Positions 49,401 to 60,202 of a stretch of DNA of 64,000 nt are shown here, one piece after another (within the stretch, counting starts at the first letter, position 1; every line of letters begins with the position of its first letter). The DNA is taken from IMG/VR virus record IMGVR_UViG_3300036770_006893, positions 62,001 to 126,000 of that record; one strand, written 5' to 3'. The translations under genes and the position numbers were made by a program. The notes beneath the pieces were generated by a model. That model worked only from the letters and a program-made list of their open reading frames with translations, made no database searches and was not told the origin of the DNA.

Positions 49401-52400
49401 CAATGTTAGCTCATTAAATAAAAATGATTTTGTTATCGTTAATACAAATAGCTCAAGAATAAATGCTTTTGGAGACACTATTAGCCCCGGCAATCGAAAC
49501 ACAATATTACCACCCATTTTACAACCAAATCTTCAATTAGCCCCTGTAACCAACCCTCAAGGGATGGCCAAAAAATTATTTGTAAAAGCACAAGCTGATG
49601 AAATGGGATTCATGGATCCTCTTAATCTAAGAGATCCTAGAATTATTTTAACCTCTCCTGGAGTTGAGCTAAATCCAGTATCTCTCATTTTTTCTGTGGA
49701 TCCTACAAGAACAGTTTTATGTAATGCGGCCGTAGAGGATTTGTTAGTTTATTTAAAGGCTGTGCCAGGACCAATTCAAGACAAATCATTTATAAATCAT
49801 TTACTTAGACAAATTAGGGGTTATGATGCATTTTCCAATGTTTATTTGAATCCTCAAGGAAATGCTTTGGTTGGAGCTCTATTTGGCGGGAGCTGGCCAG
49901 CTATGGCTTATAATAATAACGTAACAACTCAACATGCTCAAATAGCCCCAAAAGCAGCCCATCCTTATTTTGCCGCTATACCCATGAGATTAAACCAGTC
50001 GTGTTATGGACCATGGACAAACTACCCATATTTGATTCGTTCAGAAATTTTTAGTGATGGAATTACTAATCAGTTAGCGTCTTATAATTCTGAATTAGAT
50101 TATCTTAATAGTCAATTAAATAGTCCTCAATTATCTAATTTAGATAGGAAAGAAATTGCTAGAAGTATCAAAAGAATTGGTCAGTTAATTAACCGCGCTA
50201 ATACCGCTCGCAATAATGTTTCTAGTGGTGCGGCTATAGAAAATTTAGTTGGTGGGGTTAAGGTGCAAATAGAGCCAGATTTTGTTCCTTGGAATTATGG
50301 AGGCATGGCTTTTCTAGATAAGGTGGTTATAGGATTTATAAATAGTAACACTGATTTTAGGCAAATATTAGAGACAGCACAAATACAAATTAATAGCGCT
50401 CCAATATTTGGTATAGGCGGCGAATTTATGTATACAGATCCGGATTCTATAACAGGATCAATTCGCTTTAATAATGAGGCCTATCAGGTTAACGTTATTC
50501 CATTGCAGTATGAAGATGTAAAAGCTAATCCTTCGTCTACACCTATAAATATTCCTATTGTAGGAAATCCAATTTATCTTCCGCCTATAGGGGGTACTAC
50601 ATATACCAAAATCAACGTTACTTATAATGTTATAACTCTACTATCGCAAAATAGAACTGGTATAGCTCCCATTATTACTAATATGTCAACGAGGTTCGAC
50701 ACTTCTGGATTTAATACCACATATACGTTTCGATCATATGCTAGAAAGTTAGGATTGTACTCTAAACAGTTCTCTGATAGGCTAAAAAACAGCGTACAAC
50801 AGTCGCTACAATTGAACAAAACACTATTTTCACTAGATAGTGGTATCAGAAACTCTAAAAATATTCTGGTGCAAAATAGAATAAACGAAAGAAACAACGA
50901 CCGATCTTCTTATTCAATAGAGTCATTAAGAAACAGTAAGCTCTTCGGCACCAGCCCCACTGAAGTATTCATAGGCTCCGCACAGGGATACCTTCCTTCT
51001 GTAAATATCATCGAAAATAGAATATCTATGGCGTTTGCTAATAGAACACCAAACGGAATGCCGAACGGTGTCACTACGTCACCGCTTTCTATAAATGGTC
51101 AAGACCCTGGTGATATTGCAGTTAATCCTAAAGATGTTGGTGGTCTAAGTAAAAAATACAGACACAGATCATGGGTAGGGATGTTCCAGCACTGGGAAAC
51201 CAAAACCGAATTACAAGAAGGATATGAAGAAAAAGCAGCTATGAGCCTAGATGGTTTATTATCTCCTGTGTCTTTTTATCCAACACCCAATAATTCAACA
51301 TATGCGATGTTGCCATATCCAAAAATTAATGGGCGATCAATGTGCCCCTGTTGTAGAGGTACTCATTCTGTAACCCAACAAGTTGGAATAGGTAATCAAT
51401 TATCTAATCTAACAGCCCCATGTCCATGTTGTTCGCGAGGTATGCCCTCTATTGTGTTTGCGCAAAACGTTCCTGCTGATATTGGAAGCGGAGTAAGTGG
51501 CGTAAACGCCATGAATCTACAGCCTGTGGTGGTTCCATTTCCTGTGTGGCGCAATGCTCATGCTCAGCCGCCTTCTAGTGGAGAAAGACAAAGACATAGT
51601 ATAAGAGTAGTTGGTAGAAATTGGTTGGCGCCATTTGATGCCCGTAATGGAATGTCTTTAGATATAGATAAAAACAAAGAAGTTTTAATAGATCCTTTGA
51701 ATAATAAAATTGTAGAGAATGGGGCTGGGGTAAACAAAGACTTTCATGTGGCCGATATCGGTATGTTCCATGCGAACGGTGGATTTTATCTAAATAATCA
51801 TAGGTTTTTTGCTTTACGAGGGCCGCTGATGCTTCACGGCTGGGGATACGACATTTCTGGATATCCCGTGCCGAATGAAGCCGACGAACCAGATCCACAA
51901 ACTATGATCAGTAACCTACCAAAAAGATTCAGATTAACAGTATCTGGCACAAATGACTATACTCAAGACGGTGCTGTTTTTGCAACCCAGGCGCCTTATG
52001 GGCTCGGAGATATTATAGGCAAAGGGTGGAAATTCTCCGATGGGTCGTGGACCAGAACACCATCTAAATATTTTCATGTGAATTGGGGCGAGCGCCCTGA
52101 TTTATGGCCTGTTGGTCCTATTGACTTAAGATGGGATGCTAATCGCAGAGTGTGGACCGCCGGTGGCGAGGGTGGTTGTCCAGAGCAGTTGCCGCCATTC
52201 ATAATAGCGGATACAGATGATCCTGCGCTATTGTCTGAGTTCACTAAGTTGCCAAAGAGCGAATGTCCTTACAAGCTAATTTATATTACCCTAGAGGAGG
52301 ACATGATAAAGGAACCAGATTATGATGAAACATATCCTGTAAGAGGGTTCATTGACGATATACAGTATTCCAAGGAGCCACTACCCAATAAAGCTAGAAG

Positions 52401-52716
52401 ACTAGTATTTGTCAAAGATCGATCTGGATATACTGCTCCTAGAGCAGCTAAGTTATTATGTAGATATGATAAAGATACGGGCTTTTATGAACCTGTATCT
52501 AAACAGTCTTATTTTGTATTTGGTACAATAACTGGTGGAAATAATGCGGTTGTTGATTTATCTTATATACAGGGTAAGCACAGAGGTAGTAATTTTCCAA
52601 CGCTAAATATAGTTTTTGATAATACTAGATTCAAAATGAATATATCTGCAAATAGCAGAGGAATGTTTTATTATGAAAATGGCACATGGGTTTTGGTAGC
52701 AAAAAATGATAACTAA
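46483..52716 (+). CDS. Large tail-tip/hub-like structural protein (2077 aa)
   Basis: The N-terminus (LGASVLSYSVNIGWGGQPSVLNVEL...FAGIVQSWEK...YTVTIEGP) resembles hub/Tal-type openings; CPCC...CPCC metal-binding pair near 51340-51430. Confidence 0.55.
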   Translation: MSNTCPGAQNNSDQVIQTLFLGASVLSYSVNIGWGGQPSVLNVELINDEQPAACEADNTSLFPNSSFGPDHYYTCVGDACYIDERGRTYSRNNRPPPLKKMRPGKLYFYFENGEIKSQYWKDGDPGFFGDYTYINKTGAYTKDLASSYDIIGSPVVFVLDSFVFAGIVQSWEKNPITRTYTVTIEGPDSLLENSWIILRDYGGSIFSSTGSSLGAPLPYIGPLAQNNGKIADGNIHNVFNVYGFLESFGVDYYGGSNATEDGIPYSSIIDALSVLTSIEGNQAAAVNILNNLNKRAFSPFGRILSKPIVDLDLSVATMGNFGVVPSQVDDLNINRSFYTLDLSELPILDNSFRMSGDVVSIMDFIRSLTAVSGKDFYTQLLPVSINGILHNIIKVKVIDRNIRPADNQISLTINSLKTAGYKVNVNSLGKEKSDSSSSKIMYVGAKQERLYQAKNYRLGFRQTAYVYDPALNKFVDFDFLNDLGKVRYPSPYSTRNTAISSSVNGTFATNVFNQIENIRLRIERVVPESIDNIWTDTEVGGSDQVKHWNYSPSIRANLVFNRLDKQNQRYIPIYMDTISPFFGYVMDDQANVNTGNASNNFRKIRPVWFDNLTGQLAVVIKTSELPPITLGSSSLFRTASLQTILPNGSVLITETEIRAAMSGFDSYFTYCDAKAVANKPQLYLMLLSAYYHANPAFANNRGGGVGWARGTNGSIIPFLPPENIFAEANVANNLGLPGNPQSAPTSIGWSALIDDNFIKDLMTICQFIANIGNSFYGKKYMVRIGGINSYRDTTAYLNGSTPYIINASTYLPNSTEQIAVFQGGGKIYFSSEPCDSAWEEPGNIIDDSFVVGGAAWYNLINEQGKIPPLLGYNASDNYDSEAMRLCLISKIMPGGVSRTTNANIAQSALSSLDPSASMPRTLGYNYSNFTYLGSFANQSTALKTDTSYGNMVRFFLTAGTGSCSKDKFIYPSINVSSLNKNDFVIVNTNSSRINAFGDTISPGNRNTILPPILQPNLQLAPVTNPQGMAKKLFVKAQADEMGFMDPLNLRDPRIILTSPGVELNPVSLIFSVDPTRTVLCNAAVEDLLVYLKAVPGPIQDKSFINHLLRQIRGYDAFSNVYLNPQGNALVGALFGGSWPAMAYNNNVTTQHAQIAPKAAHPYFAAIPMRLNQSCYGPWTNYPYLIRSEIFSDGITNQLASYNSELDYLNSQLNSPQLSNLDRKEIARSIKRIGQLINRANTARNNVSSGAAIENLVGGVKVQIEPDFVPWNYGGMAFLDKVVIGFINSNTDFRQILETAQIQINSAPIFGIGGEFMYTDPDSITGSIRFNNEAYQVNVIPLQYEDVKANPSSTPINIPIVGNPIYLPPIGGTTYTKINVTYNVITLLSQNRTGIAPIITNMSTRFDTSGFNTTYTFRSYARKLGLYSKQFSDRLKNSVQQSLQLNKTLFSLDSGIRNSKNILVQNRINERNNDRSSYSIESLRNSKLFGTSPTEVFIGSAQGYLPSVNIIENRISMAFANRTPNGMPNGVTTSPLSINGQDPGDIAVNPKDVGGLSKKYRHRSWVGMFQHWETKTELQEGYEEKAAMSLDGLLSPVSFYPTPNNSTYAMLPYPKINGRSMCPCCRGTHSVTQQVGIGNQLSNLTAPCPCCSRGMPSIVFAQNVPADIGSGVSGVNAMNLQPVVVPFPVWRNAHAQPPSSGERQRHSIRVVGRNWLAPFDARNGMSLDIDKNKEVLIDPLNNKIVENGAGVNKDFHVADIGMFHANGGFYLNNHRFFALRGPLMLHGWGYDISGYPVPNEADEPDPQTMISNLPKRFRLTVSGTNDYTQDGAVFATQAPYGLGDIIGKGWKFSDGSWTRTPSKYFHVNWGERPDLWPVGPIDLRWDANRRVWTAGGEGGCPEQLPPFIIADTDDPALLSEFTKLPKSECPYKLIYITLEEDMIKEPDYDETYPVRGFIDDIQYSKEPLPNKARRLVFVKDRSGYTAPRAAKLLCRYDKDTGFYEPVSKQSYFVFGTITGGNNAVVDLSYIQGKHRGSNFPTLNIVFDNTRFKMNISANSRGMFYYENGTWVLVAKNDN

Positions 52717-55700
52717 AACTAGAGAAAATTGTGTTTTTTACGATAAGCATTTTTTAGATGATCTACAAGGATATTCTTTTGTAGAAGAAAACGGGGCGGC
52801 GTTTATACTTTATGATGATAATACCAGACTACCCGTTACGATTAACTCTAATATTTCTAGTATAATATCCTCTGAATACGCATCTGTGCCAAATCGCCAA
52901 AAAGATGTCTGGTATCCCGTTTTTTTAAACCTTGCCAATAACAAGATAAATTCCAGGTTCCTATTCAAAGGTTCTGTACAACCATATATTAATCTTGGCA
53001 TAGATGAAGCAATATCCTTTCCTGGCAAGTTTAGGAGCTGGTCTATCATAGGTTCTTCTACAATGTCGTGCGACTGGCATATTTCTGCTAGCGTATCTAC
53101 GAATATCTCAGAATATGGACTACTATGTTGGATTCAAGATTCTAGCAGAAAAGTGTCGGATATTAAAATTGACGACATACCAGTTGGCGCTATGTTTAAA
53201 ATAAAATCTTTTATCTCTTATGTTATCGAGGTTGTTGTAAATGGCATAAAAAAGAAAAAAACAATATCTATATCACCAAGCGATGTTTTGTATAAAATAG
53301 ATAAAGATAACTTACAAATCATTAATAATGGAGAGATTAGATTTAATCTAGGTAAATTTAATTTTTTAGATAAAAATAAAGCTTTTAATTTAAGCACATA
53401 CTTAGAGTACAATTATCCAAGAGGCAGCAGCGAACCTGAAGCCAGATACAACGAAAGAATCGATTTGGTGAGGTCAAGAATTTTTGGCACATTAAATTCT
53501 GCAACGACTACCACAAATATTATTAGCAATAGCACAATATTATTTATACCAAAAGGTGATGTATATAGTTATTTTGAAGATACACAAACCAAAGCCATAT
53601 CGAGAATTGCGTCATCAACATACCTATCGGCCACACTGCATCAAGAATATAGAGAAATATATAATATCCTTACCATAAATCAACAAAAGATAAATGGCTC
53701 TGCTTTAAAAATTTCTCAGGTTAAATTATTACAAAAAATAGCTATGTTTTTAGCTTCTTATCCTCTTATAGATAGAACTACTATTAGCATACTATTATCA
53801 GAACAGGCTCAAACTATTATTAATGACTTTATTAATTTAAGCGTTGGTAATAATGTACCAGAAGAGACACGACAATTAAAGCTAGCCTTAATCAAGATAT
53901 CTGAACTATTTAAGAACTTGTCTTCTAACATAAAATATAATCAAAATACATCAGGATACTGTTTTTCTACTACAGATATTATTAAAAATTTAATAGGCAA
54001 ATATGGATCATATCTAAATATAGGATCTACAAATACTACACTATCATATACGCCTAGGCTCAAATATGGTCCACATGTGAAAATTAACCAAGATATTATA
54101 AGTAAAGTATCGACTAGTATTAGTAATGCGGTAGTTTACAATAATTTTGTGTCTCAAATAGGCCCATTCACCCTACAATCAGCTATAACTGCTAATCAAA
54201 CTTATTTTTCCGTATATGATACTAGATCTAGATCTCCAAGAGTTAATATTCCTCTATGGGATATCAATAAAAGAAAAATTTTGAACATAACATCAAAATT
54301 TACTGCTGGGGATGATTTTATCATAAACTATGATCAAAAAATTAAGGAAATTGGTAGTGGGGACGAAATACAGTTCAGAATGGATGTCAGAGACCTAGGA
54401 TTGCAAGATGAATTGATTCCGGGTGAAGATTCACAAATATTATGGTCACGAATATCTGGACCCGACTGCCTTAGGTTCAGCGACAGCAATAGATCATTTG
54501 TCAGAGGTATAAATGGTGGGTTTATAGGAAATTTAGATTTAAAATATCAAGACTCTACGGTGCCATATCCTACGCTTTTTATTAAAAGTATAGGTAAGTA
54601 TATTTTGAGGCTCAAGGTATCTAATTCATTTGGCGTATTTTATGATCGCGTAACACTATATGTTGTTAATGCTAATGGTGAGTATGCCCCCGGCCAACGC
54701 CCACCATTGCTTAACAAGGCGACACTTGTGAATATAGCCCCAACTAATGGGATAGTTTCTATATGTCCACACCTTAGAGAATTCGCAATAGGTAAACAGG
54801 GTATTTTTTGGCCTATATATTCTGATCTTAGTACTTTTGATACGGTTACCAATCCTTATGGTAAAACGGCATCGTTTGGTGGAGATCTAAGAAAATATGC
54901 GTTTGATCTCGGTTTAGATGCTAATGGTAAAAAATCTATTATTAATACCCCAGTGCCTTTATCGCTATCATACATACCAAATAATACTAAAATGCAAATT
55001 AGTCGCATTATATTATCTCATATGATGGATAATAATAACGAATGCTATAATTGTGGATCGTTTTTTAAAACCATAATAGATAATAAGGGATTTACGCTAG
55101 ATGTTGATTCTTCATTTTTTCTAACAGATGAAAATAACGCTAGAAAAGAATTCAATTACCCACAGGATGTATCTAGTGACTATACAAAAATAATTAGTTA
55201 TGGTGGGTATTCTCCTAATTTAATCAACAACGATCTCGGAATATCTATACCTTACCACCCTTCCCCGAGCAGCATACTACCCAATATTACCGGGATGGAA
55301 CTAACAAACGACTCTTTTCCCGAAGGCAGACAGGTTCATTTATGCCATCTTAAAAGAGTTGATGCTGAGAAACCAATGGTTTTTGAAAAGGGTTGCTTTC
55401 ATCCTTCTTATGGATGGTTACCTAACAACAGAACCACAGACCCTAGATATAGGCCGTATATCAACAGCCTATATAATAATTTTATTAATAAAACAGCTGT
55501 AATTAATTTTAAACCAGAATATCGTAAAACTTTTATATTTAAGGGTCCTGGTTTCTTTTATTTAGATAATGCTAATTCAGATATTGCAAATCCAAATCAT
55601 ATAAATACACCAAATATTTATTTTAGCTCGATAGAACTTAGACTGGCCGAAGAAGCTCAAGAATGCTATGGTGTTGGTGATTTACCGTGCTCAGAATCGG

Positions 55701-58700
55701 AACGAGCAGAAAAAGAAAGAGAGGAAGTAGCCGATCAATATCCGCATCTTGGATATAGAACCTTTAATATAACCAGAATTTCTCAATTCAATAACCAAGA
55801 TGAATTTGCGTCTTTTTTAAACGTAGAACCAGCCGATGCATCTCCTAGCGAAGATTATTGCACAGCCCAATCGGCTCAAGCATATGAGGCTGCTTATGTT
55901 TTTCCTAGAAAGGGTAAGTATTTACCAGACAACCAAAGATCTAATGTGCGAAGATTTAGTCGAGATATACTTCAGGCTAAAATAGAAGATATAGAAGTAG
56001 AAATTGCTTTTATGAATTATGTGAACACAAAAAATTTGATTATTTGGTTAGACGTATTGCCCTGTGCTGGTATTACGGAAAAGCTGTATCCTAGAAAAAA
56101 TAGCGATACTCAGGACGGGGCTCCGGCACGAGATAGATGGAGTCACATATCAAAAAACCTTAATAACTCTATCTATTTTACGCGATACGATAGGACTAAG
56201 GCCAAGATCGACTCTATGCAAAATGGTCCATTAAAGTCTTATTTAAAAGCATTATTTGAAATGAATGATAATCCAGATCCACGGCAGACAATTTTGGGCC
56301 AAACAAACTCTATCAGTATTCCAGACTCGGACACCACAATAACACTAGACCCAACAGATGAGAGCTTACCAAAAAGTCCAATATTTAGACTATATCTATT
56401 AAACCAGGAGCATATAGAAGGAAACGGGTTTAATTTTAGCATAAAATTTTCTGATTTAATCCATAAAAACACACAGCCTTTTGACAGTAACAACATAGCT
56501 GAAAACATAGACCCCTCTCTGATAAAGGCAGTAGAAAAAGACGGTATAGTACACTTACTGCCAACGCTATCTCCATTTGGATATAGCGATAATGATATAA
56601 ACTTTTTTAGACAGATCATACAATCAAATAATCTTCATACACTAAATAATAGATTCGCTAAATTTTCTGGTATGGATCTATTTACTGGAGCTGAAGATAA
56701 ATTGGGTTTTGGTAGAACAAAATTCAGTTTGGGTATAGCCGTATTGAATCCTAGTGATATGATGTCCGTTTCTGATAATGTATATGCTCTAGATCAAAAA
56801 ACAAATACAGACTCTAGTATAGTGAAATCTACAGCCGATTTATTAAATAATAGTATTTGTTGCTGGAATCTAATTTTACACATAAATACTAATGGATCTT
56901 CTAGGTTTTTGCCATCTGATATATTGGGAAATATACAGTATTACCAAATAGATCCTAAGATATATGGATATAATTTTATTGCTAATTTTGACAACAAGAA
57001 ATACTTATTACCGCCGGTCAACATAAATGCACCCTATGGATCGACACTAGATCCAGAGATTTGTAGATATTCGAAAGAAAAACTAAATGCCCCAAAATAC
57101 AATCCTGTCCCATTTAGTCCCTTTCCTTTTCTTATTGTTAATCCCCAGGCTTCATTGGTTGGAGCTCTAGCGGAAATAGCTTCTGTTGATGCGCAGCTAG
57201 ATCAAATGAATAGAGAATTTTATGATTATTTTAGAGATCTTCGATATGCTAGACAAGCAGAATTGTTTTTCAATAATCTATATGTGTCTAAATATGATAA
57301 ATATGCTATGGGCGGTTCCGACAAGGCTTTATTAAGCGTTAGTTATGATGATACCGCATGGTATATGCTAGAGGCCTCAATATTCAAATATGGTAATTGT
57401 CCAATTGTAAAAAAACGTAGATATAACTACATGAAATTAAATCATGTGGTTAATAAGTCTATGTCAATTTTTCCATTTTCTACTATCAGTAAATTAGACG
57501 ATATCATAAATGAAGACAATATTAAAATCATATCAATTCCACTAACATCTCTATCAGAAGCGACTTCTTTGAGATATGAGACTATTGAATTAGCAAAAGT
57601 CAATTTAGACAATCAAGTAGTTGCTCTGCAGCAACAGATTGATCGAATCGTAGCATCCAATCCGACATCGCCAACATTAGATCAGCTATATATAAGATTA
57701 AAAGAGCTGGTGCTTTTGGTCTCTTTGCATACCGAAACTATGCAAAGTATAGGAGCAAAAATCAAAAAATTTGATATAGTACAAATTAAAAAAACTATAA
57801 TTAACCAGGCTAGAAACACTAGTCATAACGCAACTCTCGCCGGTACGTATATCGTCGATGAAAATAACACTTTGGTGCCCATATCTACTGTTCCAGGGGT
57901 TATACAGTACAATAAGCTAATCAGTGTTCTTAAGACATCCTCATTATTAGACTTTAGTTTTAATCTCATACCGAATCCAGACCCAGAAGAACGCATAGAT
58001 ATTCCTTTTATTCTATCTAATAAATTAATATCGCTAAGCGGATTAATTCCATTTCATTTTTTCGATAAAGATAATGACGTAGTAACGATTAGATCTAAGT
58101 ATGATCTAATTAATGAGCTTAGGTCACAAAATAGATTAGACGAAGCCGATCAAATATTACAAACAATCAAAACTGCTCAAAAAGCACTAGAGTCAGAAGA
58201 AAAAAAACCCAATCCTGATCCAGAAACAATAAAAAGACTTAAGGAATCTCTATGGCTTGCAGAAAATATATTGATAGATAATAAAATCATAGCTAAGGGC
58301 TACACGTATCTTAAGGGTTCGTATAAAACGATACTGGAGCTACAAAATCCTATAATTGGCTATGCTATATCTAAACGTCCTGCCGATACTAATAGCATTA
58401 TCATATATGATGCAAAATATACTACGGTACAAGATTCTAAAACAATGCCAGCTAATATGTGGGGTCTTACCACGTCCAGCAATTCTACTATTTTAAAAGA
58501 TAGTGCTGTTGAATCAACAATATCAACTTTTGGTGAAGGATCGTATGGAACTGGATCTATGTTAGTTTCTCCTCCAACTATTTCTAGAAAAAAGATAGAT
58601 AATTATGAGCAACCATTAAATGAAAGACTTGGTATTGATTTTAATTTTAAAACACAAACAGTTGTTGCAGATTTCTATGACAAAAATCAAAATTTAGTAT

Positions 58701-60202
58701 TGAAAGATTTTATAGATGCAGTAATTGGTTATAGTTATAGTAACATAGAGATGGCCAATATAAGAAGCGGAGATAACTATATTGATCTTAGTACAAAAAA
58801 AATAGCCGCTTTATTCAATAAAAGCCCAATTTTCTTTAGAGACACAAACGACATGGCTTTTATGAATTTAAAGTTTGAAAAAGCATTACCTCAAAATATT
58901 CCTGACTATGGTGAAATAGAATTAGACATTAGTCTAGATTTTGGTATGCCTATCTACAAATTAAATTCTACAGACTTAAGTATTATTAACAGCAGATTAT
59001 CTGTTTTGCTTCGAAAGCGCTCTATAAGACCCAATTGTCAGACAAACAATCCAAATCTTGGTCAATGTCTACAAAACTATTGGACAGGCGTAGATCCTTC
59101 GTCCTTGTTTATCAATGATCTTTATTTCTATTTAGAAAATATAAATTCTGTTAGAGAGAATGTTAGAGAACAAAGAAAAAGCATAGCTACTGCTAGACTG
59201 AGACAACTATTAATAGAGATGAATTTTATTCTATTTTATTGTGACGCCGGGCAAGCTGTAGCAAATATATCTAGAGACGAAGACAGCCCTCCTTCATTTA
59301 GACCGTCGCCTTCTGTTAATATCGGGGTACCAATCAATAAGATAGAAATCTCAACAGAAAGTGATGGCTCTCTATCATTTAAAGAAATATATTATGCTGC
59401 TAATGACTATTGGATAAATATAGATCCAGAACAATCATGCTCTTTAGATAGATCTGCTATGCCAAAAATTTTGCTTAAAACAGAATATACATGCCAAATG
59501 GTCAACGATTACTTGTCTTCCGATATGCGAAACATATGTCCCAAAAGCGCGATAAATATTATAAATGGAATAGATGAAAGTATGGAAAATAATAGCACTA
59601 ACTACATATATAGATCGTCTACTAGAGAAATAAATAGACAAAAATCCTTATATCCTAATACTATATGGCCAGTTATAAACCCAGATGGTAGCGTTACAGA
59701 TGGTGAGACTCTTGTGGTTGATCGAAGTTTTTTCATAAACGCTTATGGAAAAGAAAGAAATCAATTGGTAACATCAAGAGAAACATATGTTCTACCAAAG
59801 ATATTTACTCCCAAAACACCGCCAGATGGACAAGTAGGCAATAAGGTTAAAAATATTTTTAATTTGGACAATATAAATAACCTCAAGGTAAGATTTAGAA
59901 GAATACCAAGAAAGCTTTCTAAGATAGACACTCATCATGAAAAATACAACCCTAATGAATTTGGCCAACTTACAAAAAGCTTGCTCTCCGGCCCTGGCGG
60001 CCCATTTTATCCAGATCTTCAATTCTGGTATTGTATTAACACAAGGACGGGATCTTATATTGATCCCCCTAAATACTTTAAATGGTTGAATGAAATGATA
60101 TTTAGGGCTTATTATGGCAGTATAGACGGTGCCGAGCACAGAGGGTCCAGTTTATCGTCTAGCAAGGAGTACTTCGATTGGTTGCCATATGACTACATGT
60201 AA
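52706..60202 (+). CDS. Large tail-tip/baseplate-like structural protein (2498 aa) with Ig/PKD-like and degenerate P-domain segments
   Basis: ILWSRISGP...GKYILRLKVSNSFG (PKD/K319-like) near 54435-54640; split P-domain-like elements at 55982-56883. Confidence 0.55.
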   Translation: MITKTRENCVFYDKHFLDDLQGYSFVEENGAAFILYDDNTRLPVTINSNISSIISSEYASVPNRQKDVWYPVFLNLANNKINSRFLFKGSVQPYINLGIDEAISFPGKFRSWSIIGSSTMSCDWHISASVSTNISEYGLLCWIQDSSRKVSDIKIDDIPVGAMFKIKSFISYVIEVVVNGIKKKKTISISPSDVLYKIDKDNLQIINNGEIRFNLGKFNFLDKNKAFNLSTYLEYNYPRGSSEPEARYNERIDLVRSRIFGTLNSATTTTNIISNSTILFIPKGDVYSYFEDTQTKAISRIASSTYLSATLHQEYREIYNILTINQQKINGSALKISQVKLLQKIAMFLASYPLIDRTTISILLSEQAQTIINDFINLSVGNNVPEETRQLKLALIKISELFKNLSSNIKYNQNTSGYCFSTTDIIKNLIGKYGSYLNIGSTNTTLSYTPRLKYGPHVKINQDIISKVSTSISNAVVYNNFVSQIGPFTLQSAITANQTYFSVYDTRSRSPRVNIPLWDINKRKILNITSKFTAGDDFIINYDQKIKEIGSGDEIQFRMDVRDLGLQDELIPGEDSQILWSRISGPDCLRFSDSNRSFVRGINGGFIGNLDLKYQDSTVPYPTLFIKSIGKYILRLKVSNSFGVFYDRVTLYVVNANGEYAPGQRPPLLNKATLVNIAPTNGIVSICPHLREFAIGKQGIFWPIYSDLSTFDTVTNPYGKTASFGGDLRKYAFDLGLDANGKKSIINTPVPLSLSYIPNNTKMQISRIILSHMMDNNNECYNCGSFFKTIIDNKGFTLDVDSSFFLTDENNARKEFNYPQDVSSDYTKIISYGGYSPNLINNDLGISIPYHPSPSSILPNITGMELTNDSFPEGRQVHLCHLKRVDAEKPMVFEKGCFHPSYGWLPNNRTTDPRYRPYINSLYNNFINKTAVINFKPEYRKTFIFKGPGFFYLDNANSDIANPNHINTPNIYFSSIELRLAEEAQECYGVGDLPCSESERAEKEREEVADQYPHLGYRTFNITRISQFNNQDEFASFLNVEPADASPSEDYCTAQSAQAYEAAYVFPRKGKYLPDNQRSNVRRFSRDILQAKIEDIEVEIAFMNYVNTKNLIIWLDVLPCAGITEKLYPRKNSDTQDGAPARDRWSHISKNLNNSIYFTRYDRTKAKIDSMQNGPLKSYLKALFEMNDNPDPRQTILGQTNSISIPDSDTTITLDPTDESLPKSPIFRLYLLNQEHIEGNGFNFSIKFSDLIHKNTQPFDSNNIAENIDPSLIKAVEKDGIVHLLPTLSPFGYSDNDINFFRQIIQSNNLHTLNNRFAKFSGMDLFTGAEDKLGFGRTKFSLGIAVLNPSDMMSVSDNVYALDQKTNTDSSIVKSTADLLNNSICCWNLILHINTNGSSRFLPSDILGNIQYYQIDPKIYGYNFIANFDNKKYLLPPVNINAPYGSTLDPEICRYSKEKLNAPKYNPVPFSPFPFLIVNPQASLVGALAEIASVDAQLDQMNREFYDYFRDLRYARQAELFFNNLYVSKYDKYAMGGSDKALLSVSYDDTAWYMLEASIFKYGNCPIVKKRRYNYMKLNHVVNKSMSIFPFSTISKLDDIINEDNIKIISIPLTSLSEATSLRYETIELAKVNLDNQVVALQQQIDRIVASNPTSPTLDQLYIRLKELVLLVSLHTETMQSIGAKIKKFDIVQIKKTIINQARNTSHNATLAGTYIVDENNTLVPISTVPGVIQYNKLISVLKTSSLLDFSFNLIPNPDPEERIDIPFILSNKLISLSGLIPFHFFDKDNDVVTIRSKYDLINELRSQNRLDEADQILQTIKTAQKALESEEKKPNPDPETIKRLKESLWLAENILIDNKIIAKGYTYLKGSYKTILELQNPIIGYAISKRPADTNSIIIYDAKYTTVQDSKTMPANMWGLTTSSNSTILKDSAVESTISTFGEGSYGTGSMLVSPPTISRKKIDNYEQPLNERLGIDFNFKTQTVVADFYDKNQNLVLKDFIDAVIGYSYSNIEMANIRSGDNYIDLSTKKIAALFNKSPIFFRDTNDMAFMNLKFEKALPQNIPDYGEIELDISLDFGMPIYKLNSTDLSIINSRLSVLLRKRSIRPNCQTNNPNLGQCLQNYWTGVDPSSLFINDLYFYLENINSVRENVREQRKSIATARLRQLLIEMNFILFYCDAGQAVANISRDEDSPPSFRPSPSVNIGVPINKIEISTESDGSLSFKEIYYAANDYWINIDPEQSCSLDRSAMPKILLKTEYTCQMVNDYLSSDMRNICPKSAINIINGIDESMENNSTNYIYRSSTREINRQKSLYPNTIWPVINPDGSVTDGETLVVDRSFFINAYGKERNQLVTSRETYVLPKIFTPKTPPDGQVGNKVKNIFNLDNINNLKVRFRRIPRKLSKIDTHHEKYNPNEFGQLTKSLLSGPGGPFYPDLQFWYCINTRTGSYIDPPKYFKWLNEMIFRAYYGSIDGAEHRGSSLSSSKEYFDWLPYDYM

